DNA of 64,000 nt. Origin: Lama glama (Eukaryota). Below the pieces are notes generated by a model. The model ran no database searches. It was not told where the DNA came from and saw only the letters and a list, made by a program, of their open reading frames with translations. This document shows positions 12,651-24,811 of the stretch, piece after piece (the first letter of the stretch is position 1; the number at the start of each line of letters is the position of its first letter). Made by a program: the position numbers and the translations under genes. The stretch spans positions 106,208,001 through 106,272,000 of the forward strand of contig CM052817.1 of the NCBI GenBank assembly GCA_028534125.1, written 5' to 3'.

Positions 12651-15600
12651 ATGTATACGCTTTGACAGTCATCCAAGTGAAAACAAGAGCATTTCTCTCT
12701 CTTCTAAGGATTAACAATATCCTCCTTAGATCCCTTATGCAAACAGCAGATAGATTTATGTATTTCTATCTCTTAAATGGTTTCCCTTTTTTTTGAAACA
12801 TAGAGCTCTAGAAAATATTTCTTTTAATATTTTTGAATAATAAGGACATCAAATAATATAAAATTTTTGATCATCACAATTATATAAGTGAACTTTTAAA
12901 ATAAAAGTGATACAATGATATCTTCTTTACTTGCAATTCACTACATGATATGTAGTCATCACTAGGTGTGTACATCTATCAAAATTCATCAAATTGCTCA
13001 TCTAAAACATGTGTAGTTTACTGTATAGGATTTATACCACAATAAAGGTGTTAGGAAGTTTGGATTTGGGTAACATTCTGCTAATGCTCTATGAACAGTT
13101 TGCATTTCTCATGGAGAAATTATATATTTAATATATATTTCATATTTTATTTATAGTTTAAGTAATATAGAATTAATTAAGATTAGTTACCCATATTTAG
13201 CATGCATACAAAATGGAAAATGTAATAGTCTCAGCCTGATGCTTGATTTGATTGGGTTTAATAACTGACTGTTACACTTCGTTATACTCTCTGTTGAGAG
13301 AATGACAGCAGCTAGTTTTCCTTCCTACTCACTTCCAATTTAATGAAATATAATAAAGTATTTCTCCAAAGAAGAGTACATCCTTGAATAATTTTTTTTT
13401 ATTCTTCTTATCATAGGCATAGAATTCCTTTGAAGTTGACAGCAAAAGATGGTCTTTCTGATGTTCTTTTTAGTCTGGAAATTACTGAACCATTGAATAA
13501 ATCTTGTTATAACTATTTGCTGAGAGAAAATGGAAATATAATGAGGAAGTGAAACAAAAATTGTATTTTATCATCCATCTGCTTGTCAGTAAGACTTTTT
13601 TTTTAATATATATTGAAAACTCTTTCTTGGCACCTATGTTGCAGTTAATATTTATTATAGAGGTAAAAATACACCAGAGTTTACATCTCAGCCAGTTCCA
13701 GGGGAAAGATAAATAAGTGTTTTTGCTTTCATGCAGTACAGACTTGTTTTTTATAATTCTTGAGAAATCTATCACTTAGTAAGGGGACCCAATTAATGTT
13801 CTTGGGTTAAGAGTTCAAATAAACACATTTTTTCCCCCTGAAGGTAGAGTGAAGAAAGGCAGAGCAGATGGAATGTTCACTTTCCCTAGAGCTAATTTTT
13901 CCCCAAACACAAGCCTCCAAATGTATAAAAAATTATAAAAATCCCCCAAATTTATCCAATGCCATCCTGCTGTACTAGGTTTATAATCATTTACCTTAAA
14001 TATTTCCATCTAGTCCATAAAAAAGGTCAACGAGGGAAGTTGATTTCATAACACTTGGTTTCTCTTGGTAGTCTTCCGAAAGGTTTACTATTAATGTTGG
14101 CATTCAGTTCCCTAGAAACAGCTAAGTCTGCTGGGAAGTAATGCAAATAAATCAATAGGTAGTTACATAGATGATACATGGGTAGAGAGATAGAAAGATA
14201 GACAGAACAAAAAAAAAAAGCAAGGGCAGAAACAATTGCTAAATTATCAAATTATCACAAAATTCTCATGAAATACACACGTTGTTAGAGGGGATATTAA
14301 GTCCACTCATTTAAACGCCCATCCTCGGAAGTGAAGAGTTCAACAGTGGCCCTGAGATAGTGATCAGGGCAAACACGCCACTTTGAACACAGCGAAAGGC
14401 TTAAGACAAAGTGTAAAATGTAAGATAATGGATATTACAACCTTCAGTTAACTTGCCGATGTATAGTAAATGTTCAGAAGAGAATTCAAAACATGACTTT
14501 ATTTAAAGATCTTAAGAAAGGGAACTTCAGCCATCGGGTGCTTTGTCCCATCTATCAGGTGAGGAGGACCACAAACCTTGATTTTAGCAGCCTCTGAAGC
14601 TGAGCAGAGTGACTGATGGAAGTCCACTTCAGTTGTGCAACAAATAGCACTTCCTTCTCTTTTGTTTAATTTATTTTTAAATTTCCCTCTTTATTTTGGA
14701 AAAATTCAAAAATGGACCCTGCTAATAAAAATACACACAAAGAAAGCAAATTCTTATTTTTAGCAGTGTCACATAAATGCACAAATAATGTGTTTATTTT
14801 CTTCCTTCTTTAAAATATAGCCATGGAATCTGAAAACTAACTTTTAAAATTACATAAGCCCAAAAAGAGAAACAGGTCTCACTAAAGCTACTTGTTTTGC
14901 CAAATTCAAATGCCAAAATCATCCTTAAAAATATACCACTTTACGAATTACTATTGAAAAGGAGATGAAAGAAAAAGCTAAAATTGCAGCTGAGAACCAA
15001 GCATCTGGCAAGACTACGATAAAGTCAATGTAACTTGTTACTTTCTCTTCTCTTAGAAGAAAGAAAGCTCAAAACCCACTGGTTGTTATAGCCCCCTGAC
15101 TACTAAGTTAATCAGATCAACTGCACAGAATTTCTCTCACTCATCTGTCAGCTATTACGAAGGATCAAAAACTAACAGAAAGACAACTACAAAGTCATCA
15201 GTTCAGCCTTGCTGTACATACATTGCCAAAGTATTGCAGGATGCATAAATAATTTGAAATACAATTAAATAATACGTCTTGACTGCCAGTAAAATATTTC
15301 CAAGCAAATGTTATTGAAAATGTTTGGGCTATTCACAAATGTTTAAACATCTTTTTACTATATAGAAATGATGTAAGATCATTTTTCTCCAGTTACCTGA
15401 TCAAGAATAAGCTCATTGGTTAATTATTTAAACACACACACACATACACACACGTCTCTTTTCCTCAATGATTATTTTATATTTGTTGTCTCAAGTTGCC
15501 ATTTTCCCATAATAGCAATGAATATTTGTTTCTAACAAAAAAGACAAATTTGGCTTAAAAGAATAAATACATATATGTATAGAAACTTTACTACATATAT

Positions 15601-16004
15601 ATATATATTATATATAATATACATATACATTAAATACAAAATCTAAACAAGTTTATAATGAGGGGAGCCACCAAGACATACCACATGTTCCAAGAGTTTG
15701 CCTTAGGAAAAATACCTCTTTAGTTATATATAACAGTGTAGCTAGAGAAAACTTGCATGCAGATAATTAATATTTTAGATGGAGAAACAGTGCATTTTGT
15801 AGGGAGTTTCTCACAATTCTTATCAGTTTGTTGGATTCTTGCTGCCCCACGTCTTTCAATTCTTCATAGCCAGTATCTGTAGGATGGATTTTGTAGCATG
15901 TGCTACTTAGACATTAATAAAATGTCACATGAATTAGAAGCACAGTGTTTTCCAGGCAGGGTTGAGGACCCAGTTGTTACTGAAGACAATATTCAGATTT
16001 ATAC

Positions 16005-16650
16005 ATGAGAATCACAATGACATACCAGTGTACATCCACTAAAATACCTAAATTCATAAAGACTGAAAACACCAAGTGTTTGCAAGAATGTGGAGCAACT
16101 GTATCTCTTGTCTATTGCTAGTGATAATGTAAACTACTGCAATTTCTTTGGAAAAGATGTAGACATTTCTTATAAAGTTGAAAACCCACTTACCTTACTA
16201 CACAGCAATTGTATTCCTATTTACCCAATAATAATGAAAACATATGTCTATACAGAGGCGTGTGTACACAGAATGTTCATAAAAACTTTGTTCATCAAAC
16301 CAGACCTGGAAACAACAAAATATGCCTCAAATTATTTCATGTTTATACAATGGACTATTAGCATAAAAAGGACTGAGTTAGTGATATACACATTATATAT
16401 GACTTTCATTTCTCTTTCTTCATGGGAAAGTAAACTGCTGGACATAAAACAATATCTGGTGACCTCCGGGTGACTAGGTTTTGGGTGTTGAAAAAGAAGT
16501 ACGACAAAGGAAACACTTTGAGTTTTTAAATATATTTTGATTAGGATATGGGCTACATGAGTGAATGCATGTGTCAAAACTTGGCAAATTGTATGCGTAG
16601 GATTTATGCTTCTCACTGTATATACATTTTACCTAAAATAAAATTTAAAA
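16005..16650 (+). mobile_element. Old L1M ORF2 C-terminus plus 3' UTR remnant
   Basis: accaagtgtttgcaagaatgtggagcaactg...cagcaattgtattcctatttaccca...aatgttcata...ctggaaacaac. Confidence 0.8.
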
Positions 16651-17009
16651 AACTGTAGACAAAAATTATCCAGGCTTATGTGTTTTTTTTCTCCCTGCTC
16701 TACTCAGCAGTTAAGTAAAGGAGCACTAAAAACAAACAAATGAAAAAAGAGCAAGAGAGTATGAAGAGAAAGAAATTGAAATTGTTAGAAAAGGCCTGGT
16801 TAAAACTAAGGGCTATGGGCAATTGACTGTAGGGGGAAGGAACTTAACATTGGGAAGAAATCAATGCGTTGAGTCTGGTCCAAGAAAAGGTTCAGAGGAG
16901 CCAAGCAAAATGCTGGAATCCTAAGATTTCAGATTTCATATAATTCGACAGTTTTAAGTTTGACAAGGCCAGGGGTATGTAGACGTGGGTGAATTAAGTT
17001 ATCAGAGAA

Positions 17010-17859
17010 CCAAGCTCCCTCTGAACTTTCTAGGGAAGGGTCTGCACCAGGCCCCTTTCCAAGCTTCTGGTAGCCTCAGGCATTTCATAGCTTACACATG
17101 GTGCTGTTGAGAAAAATACTCAATAAACAATCTATAATAGGAATGGAAAAGAGTTTTATCTGAGCCAAACTGTGGACTATCACCCAGAAGACAGCCTCCT
17201 AGAGAAGCATGGTTTTCAGCAATTTTACATCTTGTCAGAACAAAGAACCTCAAACAAGGCAAGGATATAGTCCTTCAAGATTTAAAAGAAAAAAAAAAAA
17301 AACGAACAGATCAGCATATACATAGTGAGTCGGTATTCCCTTGGCACCCGGGAAAGGAGGCTTACTGTTGAAGAGGGACCAGCATTCGTGTCCCAGGAAG
17401 AGGGGTATTTGGTCTTTATTTTCAATGTGGACCTTCTTTACTTGTAGTCAGTGCACCCCTTCCTTTAAAAATTAAAGCAGATGTACAATGGATGTTTGAT
17501 AGGTCACAAACAAGCTGTGTTAGTTAGCATAAGATTCAAGTTAACTCCTATATGAGCCAGAATGACTTCTCCACACCTCAATACCTTAACATTTATCAGT
17601 GCTTTCCCCGTGTCTTCACATAGCCTTTCTTCTGTGCCTGTCTCTCTCTCTTCATATGGCATTCTCTATACATACATGCTTCTGTGTCCAAATTTCCCAT
17701 TTTATAAGGACACAGTCACATTGGATTAAGGCCCAAACTGAAGACCTCATCTTAAATAATTGCATGTGCTACCTATTTCCAAATAAAGTTACATTGTACA
17801 GTACTGGGGCTTAGGAATTCAATGTATAAATTTGGGGGGACTCAATTCAACACCTAACA
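17010..17859 (-). mobile_element. MLT1B/C-type MaLR LTR, split by an ERV1 LTR
   Basis: tctagggaagggtc...agcttctggtagcc | ...ttataaggacacagtcacattggattaaggccca...ctatttccaaataaagttacatt...aattcaacacctaaca. Confidence 0.85.
17105..17598 (-). mobile_element. Solo ERV1-class (MER41-like) LTR nested in MLT1
   Basis: TG...CA termini; exact 4-bp TSD gtgc (17101-17104, 17599-17602); reversed poly(A)/R region gagttttatctgagccaaactgtggactatcacccagaagacagcc. Confidence 0.9.
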
Positions 17860-17937
17860 CAGGGATAGGGAGGTAGCTTATTAAAGGAATTGAGAAATTG
17901 GTGATGGATATTAAGAAAGATAAAGGAGGGATGGCAT

Positions 17938-18452
17938 TGCAGCTGAGAAGAATAATCTTGACTCCATATTGAATCTATTTCTTTGGCTCTAACCCTGGGC
18001 TCTGTTTCCTCGGCTCAGTCATGCTGGTTCTGCGCCTTTTGTGAAAGAATGTTGCCTTGAGTCTGAAATATTCATGAGAGCCCTTTCTGACCTTTAAAGG
18101 TACTGTTTTTCATTCATAAAGAGATAAAAAGTTACAAAACAGAGAATAACATTTGTCTTGTTGGAGGTTTACAGGAATATTGTGACCAGATCTACACAGA
18201 CAGCTGCAAGAAGGGATTATCACATCCCCTCTGGGGTCTGGTTGGCACCAAGAAGTTTGCAATAACCAGCCACACCCCTCCCCTTCTAGTATAAAAGAAG
18301 CCTGAATTGTAACTTGGGTAAGATGGTTCTTTGGGACATTAGTCCTTCATCTTCTTGGTCTGCTGGCTTTCTGAAAAAAGTTGCTACTCCTTGCCTTAAC
18401 ACCTATGTCTTGAGGTATTGGCCTGTCATATGGCAGGTAGTACTCAGTAACA
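17938..18452 (+). mobile_element. Solo ERV1-class LTR (family D)
   Basis: gaagaataatcttgactccatattg start, tataaaa ~18290, ends cagtaaca; homologous to the reverse complement of 33853-34371. Confidence 0.85.
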
Positions 18453-18714
18453 ATAAGGTCATAAAAGCTGAGCCAGTGGGGAAGGCAACTGTGTAGACAC
18501 AGTGCAAAGGCTGAGTGGAACGCCGGAGGTGAGAGACGGCAGTACAGCAATGCGAACCATGGTGAGAGAGACTCACTGACAGGTTTGGGTGCTCCCTCTG
18601 GTCTGGACACATCCTCATTCATTTCACTCACTGTATTTACTTAAAACGACATTACATTTCATGTTCTTTGGTGCTTAGGAGGAAAATGTCAACGTCTTTT
18701 CCCTGAAGGGTTTT

Positions 18715-19160
18715 GCAATAGCCATCTCCTCTGTTTGAAACATGATATTTGCATGGCTGGGTCATTAATGTTATCCTTTTCTTAGCTTAAATGTCAGCTG
18801 CTCAGGGAATCATTCCCTGCTAATGCACTAAGAAATGACTATATGGTAAATATCTACGACATCTCATCATATTTTAACTATTTTTGCAGAAGGCTTCACT
18901 CTCTGACAAATTCCTCATTTATTTTTCTTTCATCTGTCTATTTTACCACATTGTAATGACATGAAAAGGAATCTTATTCTCTTGATCACTTCTGTGTTTC
19001 CAACAACTGGAGCAGTGACTAGCAAAAGGAAGCACTTAATAAGTATTTGCTGAATGAAGTACGATGTCTGTTTGGCTTGCCATTGTGTGCCCCCAGCTCG
19101 CAAGCACAGAACCTGCCATATAATAGGTGCTCAATAAATTATGCAGACTGCATTAATAAA
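18715..19160 (+). mobile_element. L2 3' end remnants (two adjacent tails)
   Basis: ...gcacttaataagtatttgctgaatgaa and ...taggtgctcaataaattatg. Confidence 0.75.
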
Positions 19161-19295
19161 TAGACAGGTGACCTAAGGTAAAATATTTTCAGCAATTACA
19201 AAAGATGACAATAGATTGAGAGACATGATGAAGTTTTCCAGCTGAAAGGTTTCACGATGAATTATTTCCACCAAAACAGCGGTAAATCTAGTGAG

Positions 19296-19637
19296 TATCG
19301 TGGGCTGAATAATGGTCCCAAGAGACAGTCATTCCTAATCCTCAGAAGCAGACTATGTTACCCTACATGTTAAAAGAGTCTTTGCAAATTTTGAATAAAG
19401 ACCTGGACTTGGAGAGTTTATCTTGAGCTCTCTGGATGGGCACAAAGGAATCACAGGAGTTGTTATAAGGAGGACCAGTGTTAAACAGAGGTGATGCACT
19501 GAAAGAAAAGGAGGAACAAGTTATGGGGAAATTTGAAGATTTCTCACTGCTGGCTTTGAAGATGTAGGAAGAGGTCACAAGCCAAACACTGTAGAATTCC
19601 TCTAACACACACACGCGTGCACGCACATGCATGTGCG

Positions 19638-19688
<51 letters not shown>

Positions 19689-19835
19689 GACAAGGAAACA
19701 GATTTTCCTGTAAAGTGTCCAGGAGGAATGCCATCTTGGCACGTCCATTTTAGATTTGTGACGTCCAGAACTTTGTGTGTTTTAAGACACTAAATTTGTC
19801 ATACTTTGTAGCAGGAGCAATAGGCAGCTCCTACA
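19296..19835 (+). mobile_element. MLT1D-type MaLR LTR with internal microsatellite
   Basis: gggctgaataatggtccca...tatgttaccctacatg...gctggctttgaagatg...aaggaaacagattttcc...gcaatagg...taca. Confidence 0.85.
19605..19687. repeat. Compound (CA)n/(GC)n alternating purine-pyrimidine tract
   Basis: 83 bp of uninterrupted RY alternation. Confidence 0.95.
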
Positions 19836-20309
19836 GTAGGTGAGGGACGAAGACAGAAAGGTTGGGTTCACAGATTCATGGAAGATCTGAAGAAATCCTT
19901 AGATGGCAAATTTGATTGGCCACATTTTTTTTATAATGCATGTTCTATATTTTAATATATAACTGAATATGTATGTATGTGTACAGATATTTTACAAGCT
20001 TTCCTACATGACATCAATCTATAGACTAAAATAAAATTGTTATTACTTACTTATTATATATTTGTCTGTAAACTAATATTTTAAAAGCCAGAAATGGTTT
20101 TCTTCTTTAGCCTTGTTAGAAACCTATGACTGTTTTTTTTTTCCACTCACTATCCTTCAGACTACAGGTATTTCTATATATTACAAAAAAAAAAAAAAGA
20201 ATTCTGTAAGTGGAATGTTTCTATGTTACCTCAAGATAAACTAAATCTAAGTCATCAACTAGCAATTAAAAAAAAAACTTTACAATTTGAGGAATGCTGC
20301 ATTACAGTT

Positions 20310-20443
20310 GTGAACCTGCAAAACAGTATCACCAGGGCACTTCCTGGAAATGCAGTATCTCCCTCCACCCAACACTAGGGAAGCAGCATTTGCATTTTAA
20401 TATTCCAAATATTAAATCTGCAGGCACATTACATTTTGAAAAG
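20310..20443. mobile_element. MER5-type hAT DNA transposon remnant
   Basis: cagtatcaccagggcacttcctggaaatgcag...tttgcattttaa...cacattacattttgaaaa. Confidence 0.6.
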
Positions 20444-21195
20444 AATTTTTTTTTTAAATCTGGTCAAATTTTGTGTGGTAAGTAAGAAACTTATTTTCTA
20501 AGCAATTAAAACTCAGGACTAAGAGAAAAATTCATATCCATGCTTTCAGCTTCCAACCATGAGCTCTTTCTGCCAGGGCACTGCTTTTGTTTCTGTTTTT
20601 GTGGCTGTAGTCTTCATAACGCTGTTTCAAAACAGTACCTTCTTTTTCAGAGAATAATAACACATTTCGATGTTAAGTCTAAAGGCACACAGAAGTCATC
20701 ACTGTGGTCAAGGCGATACTATTGTTGCTATATTTGAAGTGTTTAATCCTTAAAATTAAAACTACTGACTACAAATTTTGACTGAATGTCTTGCCTTTAC
20801 TTGTGATCACCACTGGGGTTTGGGGTGGTGGTGAAAAACATGCTGTTTGACATCTGGGAATTTTCTTTATTGCAAAGCTGTGGTGGAAATGTCCATCACA
20901 GAAGAAAAGTGATTCCATAATATTGAGGAATCAACAAGATCCTGAGTATGAAGAAGGAATTCAGAGTGAAAATCCACGTAAAATCCATGTAAAAATGAGA
21001 AAACATGATGAGATTTCTGATCTGATGAATATACTGAATTATAAGTTAAATTACACTTATTTTACTACCAGTTTTGCTGATTTTGAAAAAGTATCACATA
21101 GGCACTGATTAATTGTCTTGCAAAATATTAAGTAATTTCCCCACATATTTTATTTACAATAAATATCTTATATTCTGAAGAGAAAGATTTGACAT

Positions 21196-21408
21196 TGAAG
21201 GAATAGGAAATGAACTAACTCCCCTGATGCTCAAACTGTTTGCTGATTCTTTCTGACTAAGAAATCCTGCAGTTTGCTCTCTCTCCCTTGCTGCTCTTGC
21301 GCTAAGCAGCCCCCAAGACCTATCCCTGACTTCTTTTACAATAGTCTTAACCCAGAGGCTGTGCTCCAGGAAGAAGGTAATGGGCTCATAATCTCGTAAG
21401 AATGGACA
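21196..21408 (+). mobile_element. 5' LTR (family A) of mosaic ERV, interrupted after 21408
   Basis: Roughly 89% identical by hand alignment to 24812-25026; starts tgaaggaatagg. Confidence 0.9.
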
Positions 21409-21654
21409 TGTTAGGCAGTTAGATAGAAATGAGCACTGGGCAGGGGGAGAGGAAGGGGAAAGGAACAACCCAGAAAATGGCAGTGCATATGCACACAGGA
21501 TAAGGGGCTCCAGAAACTTTTACTTTCTCTGAATGAGGGCCAGCAAAAGAAGCCAGTTAAAATCAAAACGCTGCAGCTGCGCACAAAAGAAGGACCTGGC
21601 ATAACTTGACCCAAAGCTAATTATAATGTAATTAACATTACAGTGTGAGCCCCC
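21409..21654 (+). mobile_element. Family C LTR nested within LTR-A (runs into gap)
   Basis: Starts tgttaggcagttaga exactly where LTR-A homology stops; homologous to the reverse complement of 40244-40805. Confidence 0.85.
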
Positions 21655-21754
21655 NNNNNNNNNNNNNNNNNNNNNNNNNNNNNNNNNNNNNNNNNNNNNN
21701 NNNNNNNNNNNNNNNNNNNNNNNNNNNNNNNNNNNNNNNNNNNNNNNNNNNNNN
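21655..21754. other. Assembly gap (100 N, probably of unknown size)
   Basis: Run of N. Confidence 1.
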
Positions 21755-22192
21755 AACATTTATCTTTGTCTCTCTGCCTAACCCCTCCGGAGACTGGAAA
21801 TTCTTAGGTTCCTAGCACCTTTAGCAGGGAAATTAAGATGATCACCTTCTAACGAGTGCAAAAATCTCGGAGTATTTTGGGGAACTCAAAAAAACAAAAA
21901 AGGAGAACTCTTTATTTGGCTATATTCGATTAAAATGAGGGTAATTATGGAAACAAAAGATTGTGTTTCAGTGGCTATTAAATTCCAGTTTTGTTAATTT
22001 AGGTCTCTAACTACCAAGACTCACTTCCTACATCATTACTTGCTGTTACGTTGTTGAAAAGTTTAACTGAATTATTAAAAGAACTCCAACTTTGTTATTG
22101 AAGCTCAGTATTGTCTTTGGATGAAAATCTGGTGCCCCATGACCTACAACCAAAAGATTTGTTGTAGGGTCACACTGGAGATGACATAATTT

Positions 22193-22345
22193 AAGGACTA
22201 TCTCCAACCTAGATGGAAAGAAGTCTTAACTAGCGCATGCAATGTGAAACTGATGGAAATTGACTCTTGGATTAACTTCCACTCAGAAAGGGCCCCTGCT
22301 TTGCACTGGCCTATGGAGAGGACTGCTAACCTCAAAAATCACCTT
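22193..22345 (+). pseudogene. pol: Retroviral pol integrase C-terminal remnant
   Basis: KDYLQPRWKEVLTSACNVKLMEIDSWINFHSERAP matches the gamma-type LQPRWKGPYQVLLT...KL.GIDSWIH.S..K.AP pattern with GPY deleted. Confidence 0.85.
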
Positions 22346-22469
22346 AGAGCAATGCTCAAGGGAGAAGCTACCAGACCAGGTAGTCTTCGAGACTTTGAGA
22401 AAAGGACTTCATCTGAGGTAGAGAGCCGACCCAAGACACCAGTTCAGGCCTGTATACCAATTCTTTAAT

Positions 22470-22990
22470 TGCTCACACCTTTGCTTATGAACAAAATGTA
22501 TTTCACAACCCTGTGCAGAGTTAAAGTTAACCCAATAACCAGGTTTATGATCAATTACCTATATCCGTACTTCTGGGTGATCTTGATGGACTTCTCCACC
22601 TCAGGTTTCTAATTGGATAGCCATTAAAAAATGTGCAGTTCTGTTCAGGCCACTAATGATGTTACTAGGTGGGATTCCCTCATTTTTTCAATTAATATTA
22701 CCTGCTCTGACCCTGGCCATAAATGTGACTTTTCCTCTGAAGTCACTCAAGCTCAATCAGAGCAATGAGAAAATTTCAGCCAAAGAATATAATCTCCCTC
22801 AACTGTGGGATGGACTTATACGGTTAACACTACACGTACGTTTAAAGGCACCCTTATGCTGGGAAAAATTAGGTCATACTAAGGGTAACCAGCCTGATAA
22901 CACTAGGAAATTGGGCTGGGTGCCTTATAGACAATGTCAACGTATAATTTCCCTTAGAAGATGAGGACTGGTGTAGAACTGACTCAGTCA
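22470..22990 (+). pseudogene. env: Retroviral env SU-like remnant
   Basis: Directly follows IN; ORF 22656-22964 contains APLCWEKLGH...NTRKLGWVPYRQCQRII; position and Cys/Trp pattern fit SU. Confidence 0.6.
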
Positions 22991-23463
22991 GACAACCTGG
23001 GGATAAACTTCACTGCACCTCATGGAAGTTCTTAACTTAATTTCCTATTTATGACCTTACTATACTGTTAGTTATATTATTTGCATATTGCCTATTTTAC
23101 AAAATTGTTTCTTGCACTCCTAGATGTGTGACTGAGCCTCTGATAAAGTGAAGACCAGGCAACTTGAAGCAGTTAACCAGACAGACAGTTTTACAGGAGA
23201 TTTATGATTATAATGGTGTAACTCTAGATATGGGAAGAAGCAACAAGAGGGAATATTTTCCTGGGCCATAACAGATTCGTAGGACAGGTGGTCCAGAGAT
23301 ACTCGGCCACTATTAATAAAGCCTAGTCCAAAAAATAGCACATTGAGTGGCCCATCCGTGAAGTCCTCATCTGACCCAGCAATGAGCATGCCTAGCACTA
23401 TGGGATGAAATGGTCATGAAATGCGCCCTATACCATGGTCGAATTTGTGATTATGGGGAACCC

Positions 23464-23715
23464 TGGCAATTAGAGTTGACACTTGCCACCTGCCTCTACA
23501 AGGATGAAGTCACGAGTCACTGCAGTTGCTGACCTTCAGTGCACCCTGAAAGGAACTCAGGGTGGAGATTGGGACAGAGGCACTCTGTACTCTGGTGGAA
23601 CACGTCTTCAGAGAGATAGATATTTTCAGGAGATTTTATGAGCATAAATTCTTGCATCTTCTCGTATCTAGAAAAGTACTAAAATCATTTACGGTGATAC
23701 CTGCTTTGGCCATTA
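23464..23715 (+). mobile_element. Truncated family B LTR (U3 only)
   Basis: Aligns to 8393-8640 (cactgcagttgctgaccttcagt...gatagatattttcag...tagaaaag.actaaaatcatt); no R/U5. Confidence 0.85.
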
Positions 23716-23863
23716 AGGAGAGAAATAAATTTGAAAATCTAAATGAAATCACTGTAGCTCAGACATCGAAGGAGAAACTAGGAGACCACTGTAGACGCGA
23801 TACAAAGACAAGTTTCTGGACTGCTGAAAACTTGAGTTTTCTGGGTTGGGTCAGACTTGAGAT

Positions 23864-24068
23864 GCCACCATTCTTGAAGCAGTGTCTGCAGGCAACTTGA
23901 AGCTGCAAGCTTAAGCTTTCAAGGTCTTCTGTTGTAATTATTAAGTTTCTAAACCATGAAATTGCTTTAAGTCAGATATTAGCAAAAAAAAGAAAGATCT
24001 ACATGTAGCGGTCAATAGCTCCCATTACGTGTATGTAAATGCTACTCAGGAGTTAGCATCAGACAACT
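23864..24068 (+). pseudogene. env: env TM remnant #1 (heavily decayed ISD/CX6CC region)
   Basis: FLNHEIALSQILAKKRKIY, frameshift, VAVNSSHYVYVNATQEL; fits VL.NRIALD.LLA..GGIC...NTSCC.YIN with Cys lost. Confidence 0.65.
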
Positions 24069-24213
24069 GGCCGCCTGGCTGTAAGTCTCCCCAAAGTGAT
24101 GGGCCCTCCTGAGATGGCGTGGCCACCTGGGGAGATACAATGAACAATGACAGTAAACAAAGGGGCCCGGGGTTCCTGGCAGTCTTAGGGACACAGTAAC
24201 TGTAGCTTCTCAG

Positions 24214-24350
24214 GAGCCCTGGGTACAGTCAACAGTGGGGTCTCAACTAATGGGTTTCTTACTGGACACTGTGAGCCACCTACTCTGTTCTAAGTTGTAA
24301 ATTCACCTCTTTACGCAAGACCTGCGCTGGGGGTAACTGGGCAGTCCCAA
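24214..24350 (+). pseudogene. pro: Retroviral aspartic protease remnant
   Basis: EPWVQSTVGSQLMGFLLDT, +1 frameshift, ATYSVL...GVTGQ; gamma-type EP.V...VG....FL.DTGATYSVL. Confidence 0.85.
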
Positions 24351-24370
24351 CACAGCAGACTTCAACGTGA

Positions 24371-24630
24371 AAGGCAGCGTTGCAAAACTGAATGGCCTCA
24401 GTGTGTCACTTGCCTCACAGGGGGGTCTTGTGCTGCGATGCACACTGCCTGTTGTACTTTTATACCTGGTGAGCCTAGAAATGTAACTTCACTTGTAAAC
24501 GATGAGATCTCAGATTCAGGAAAAGGAGACGCCAGGGGCCTAGGCATCGGAAGTGAACACCAAACTATCCAGCTGGTGTTCAGGTCTGTTTTCCTTGGGC
24601 CTCTCAAAGCCTTTGATCTGTCTTTTTAGA
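24371..24630 (+). pseudogene. env: env TM remnant #2
   Basis: KAALQN*MA...ASQGG, frameshift, CAAMHTACCTFIPGEPRNVT: ISD plus intact CX6CC. Confidence 0.85.
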
Positions 24631-24811
24631 AATCTTTCAATTCCTGCTGTAATTCTTTCAAAACCCCAAATAATTGGCGTGATCATGTTCGTTCCTTCCA
24701 TTTAAAGGTGCCCAGACGTCGCCCCAAAGTCAGCAGGAAACAGCTAGGGGAGAATGATGTCCATTTCCCTATTTGCATACAAATGGAAGGAATGAACTAA
24801 CAGTGCAGATT

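Larger units (their letters stand above)
21755..23463 (+). mobile_element. Decayed ERV1 internal region leading into family B LTR
   Basis: Contains IN tail and env SU-like remnants; purine-rich atggggaa just before the LTR at 23464. Confidence 0.8.

Noticed and set aside
19363..19734. 123-aa ORF with CVCVCV repeats
   Set aside because: Translation of a (TG)n microsatellite in an MLT1 LTR
22130..22171. tggtgcccc PBS-like motif and small hairpin gacctacaac...gttgtagggtc
   Set aside because: Not adjacent to an LTR end and no extended tRNA complementarity recognised; the short stem is compatible with chance
22656..22964. 102-aa env-like ORF as a possible domesticated syncytin-type gene
   Set aside because: Short fragment surrounded by stops and frameshifts; both TM remnants are disrupted and separated from it
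24398..24707. Minus-strand ORFs suggesting a captured host gene inside the ERV
   Set aside because: The plus strand explains the region as env TM; the minus-strand peptides resemble nothing I recognise
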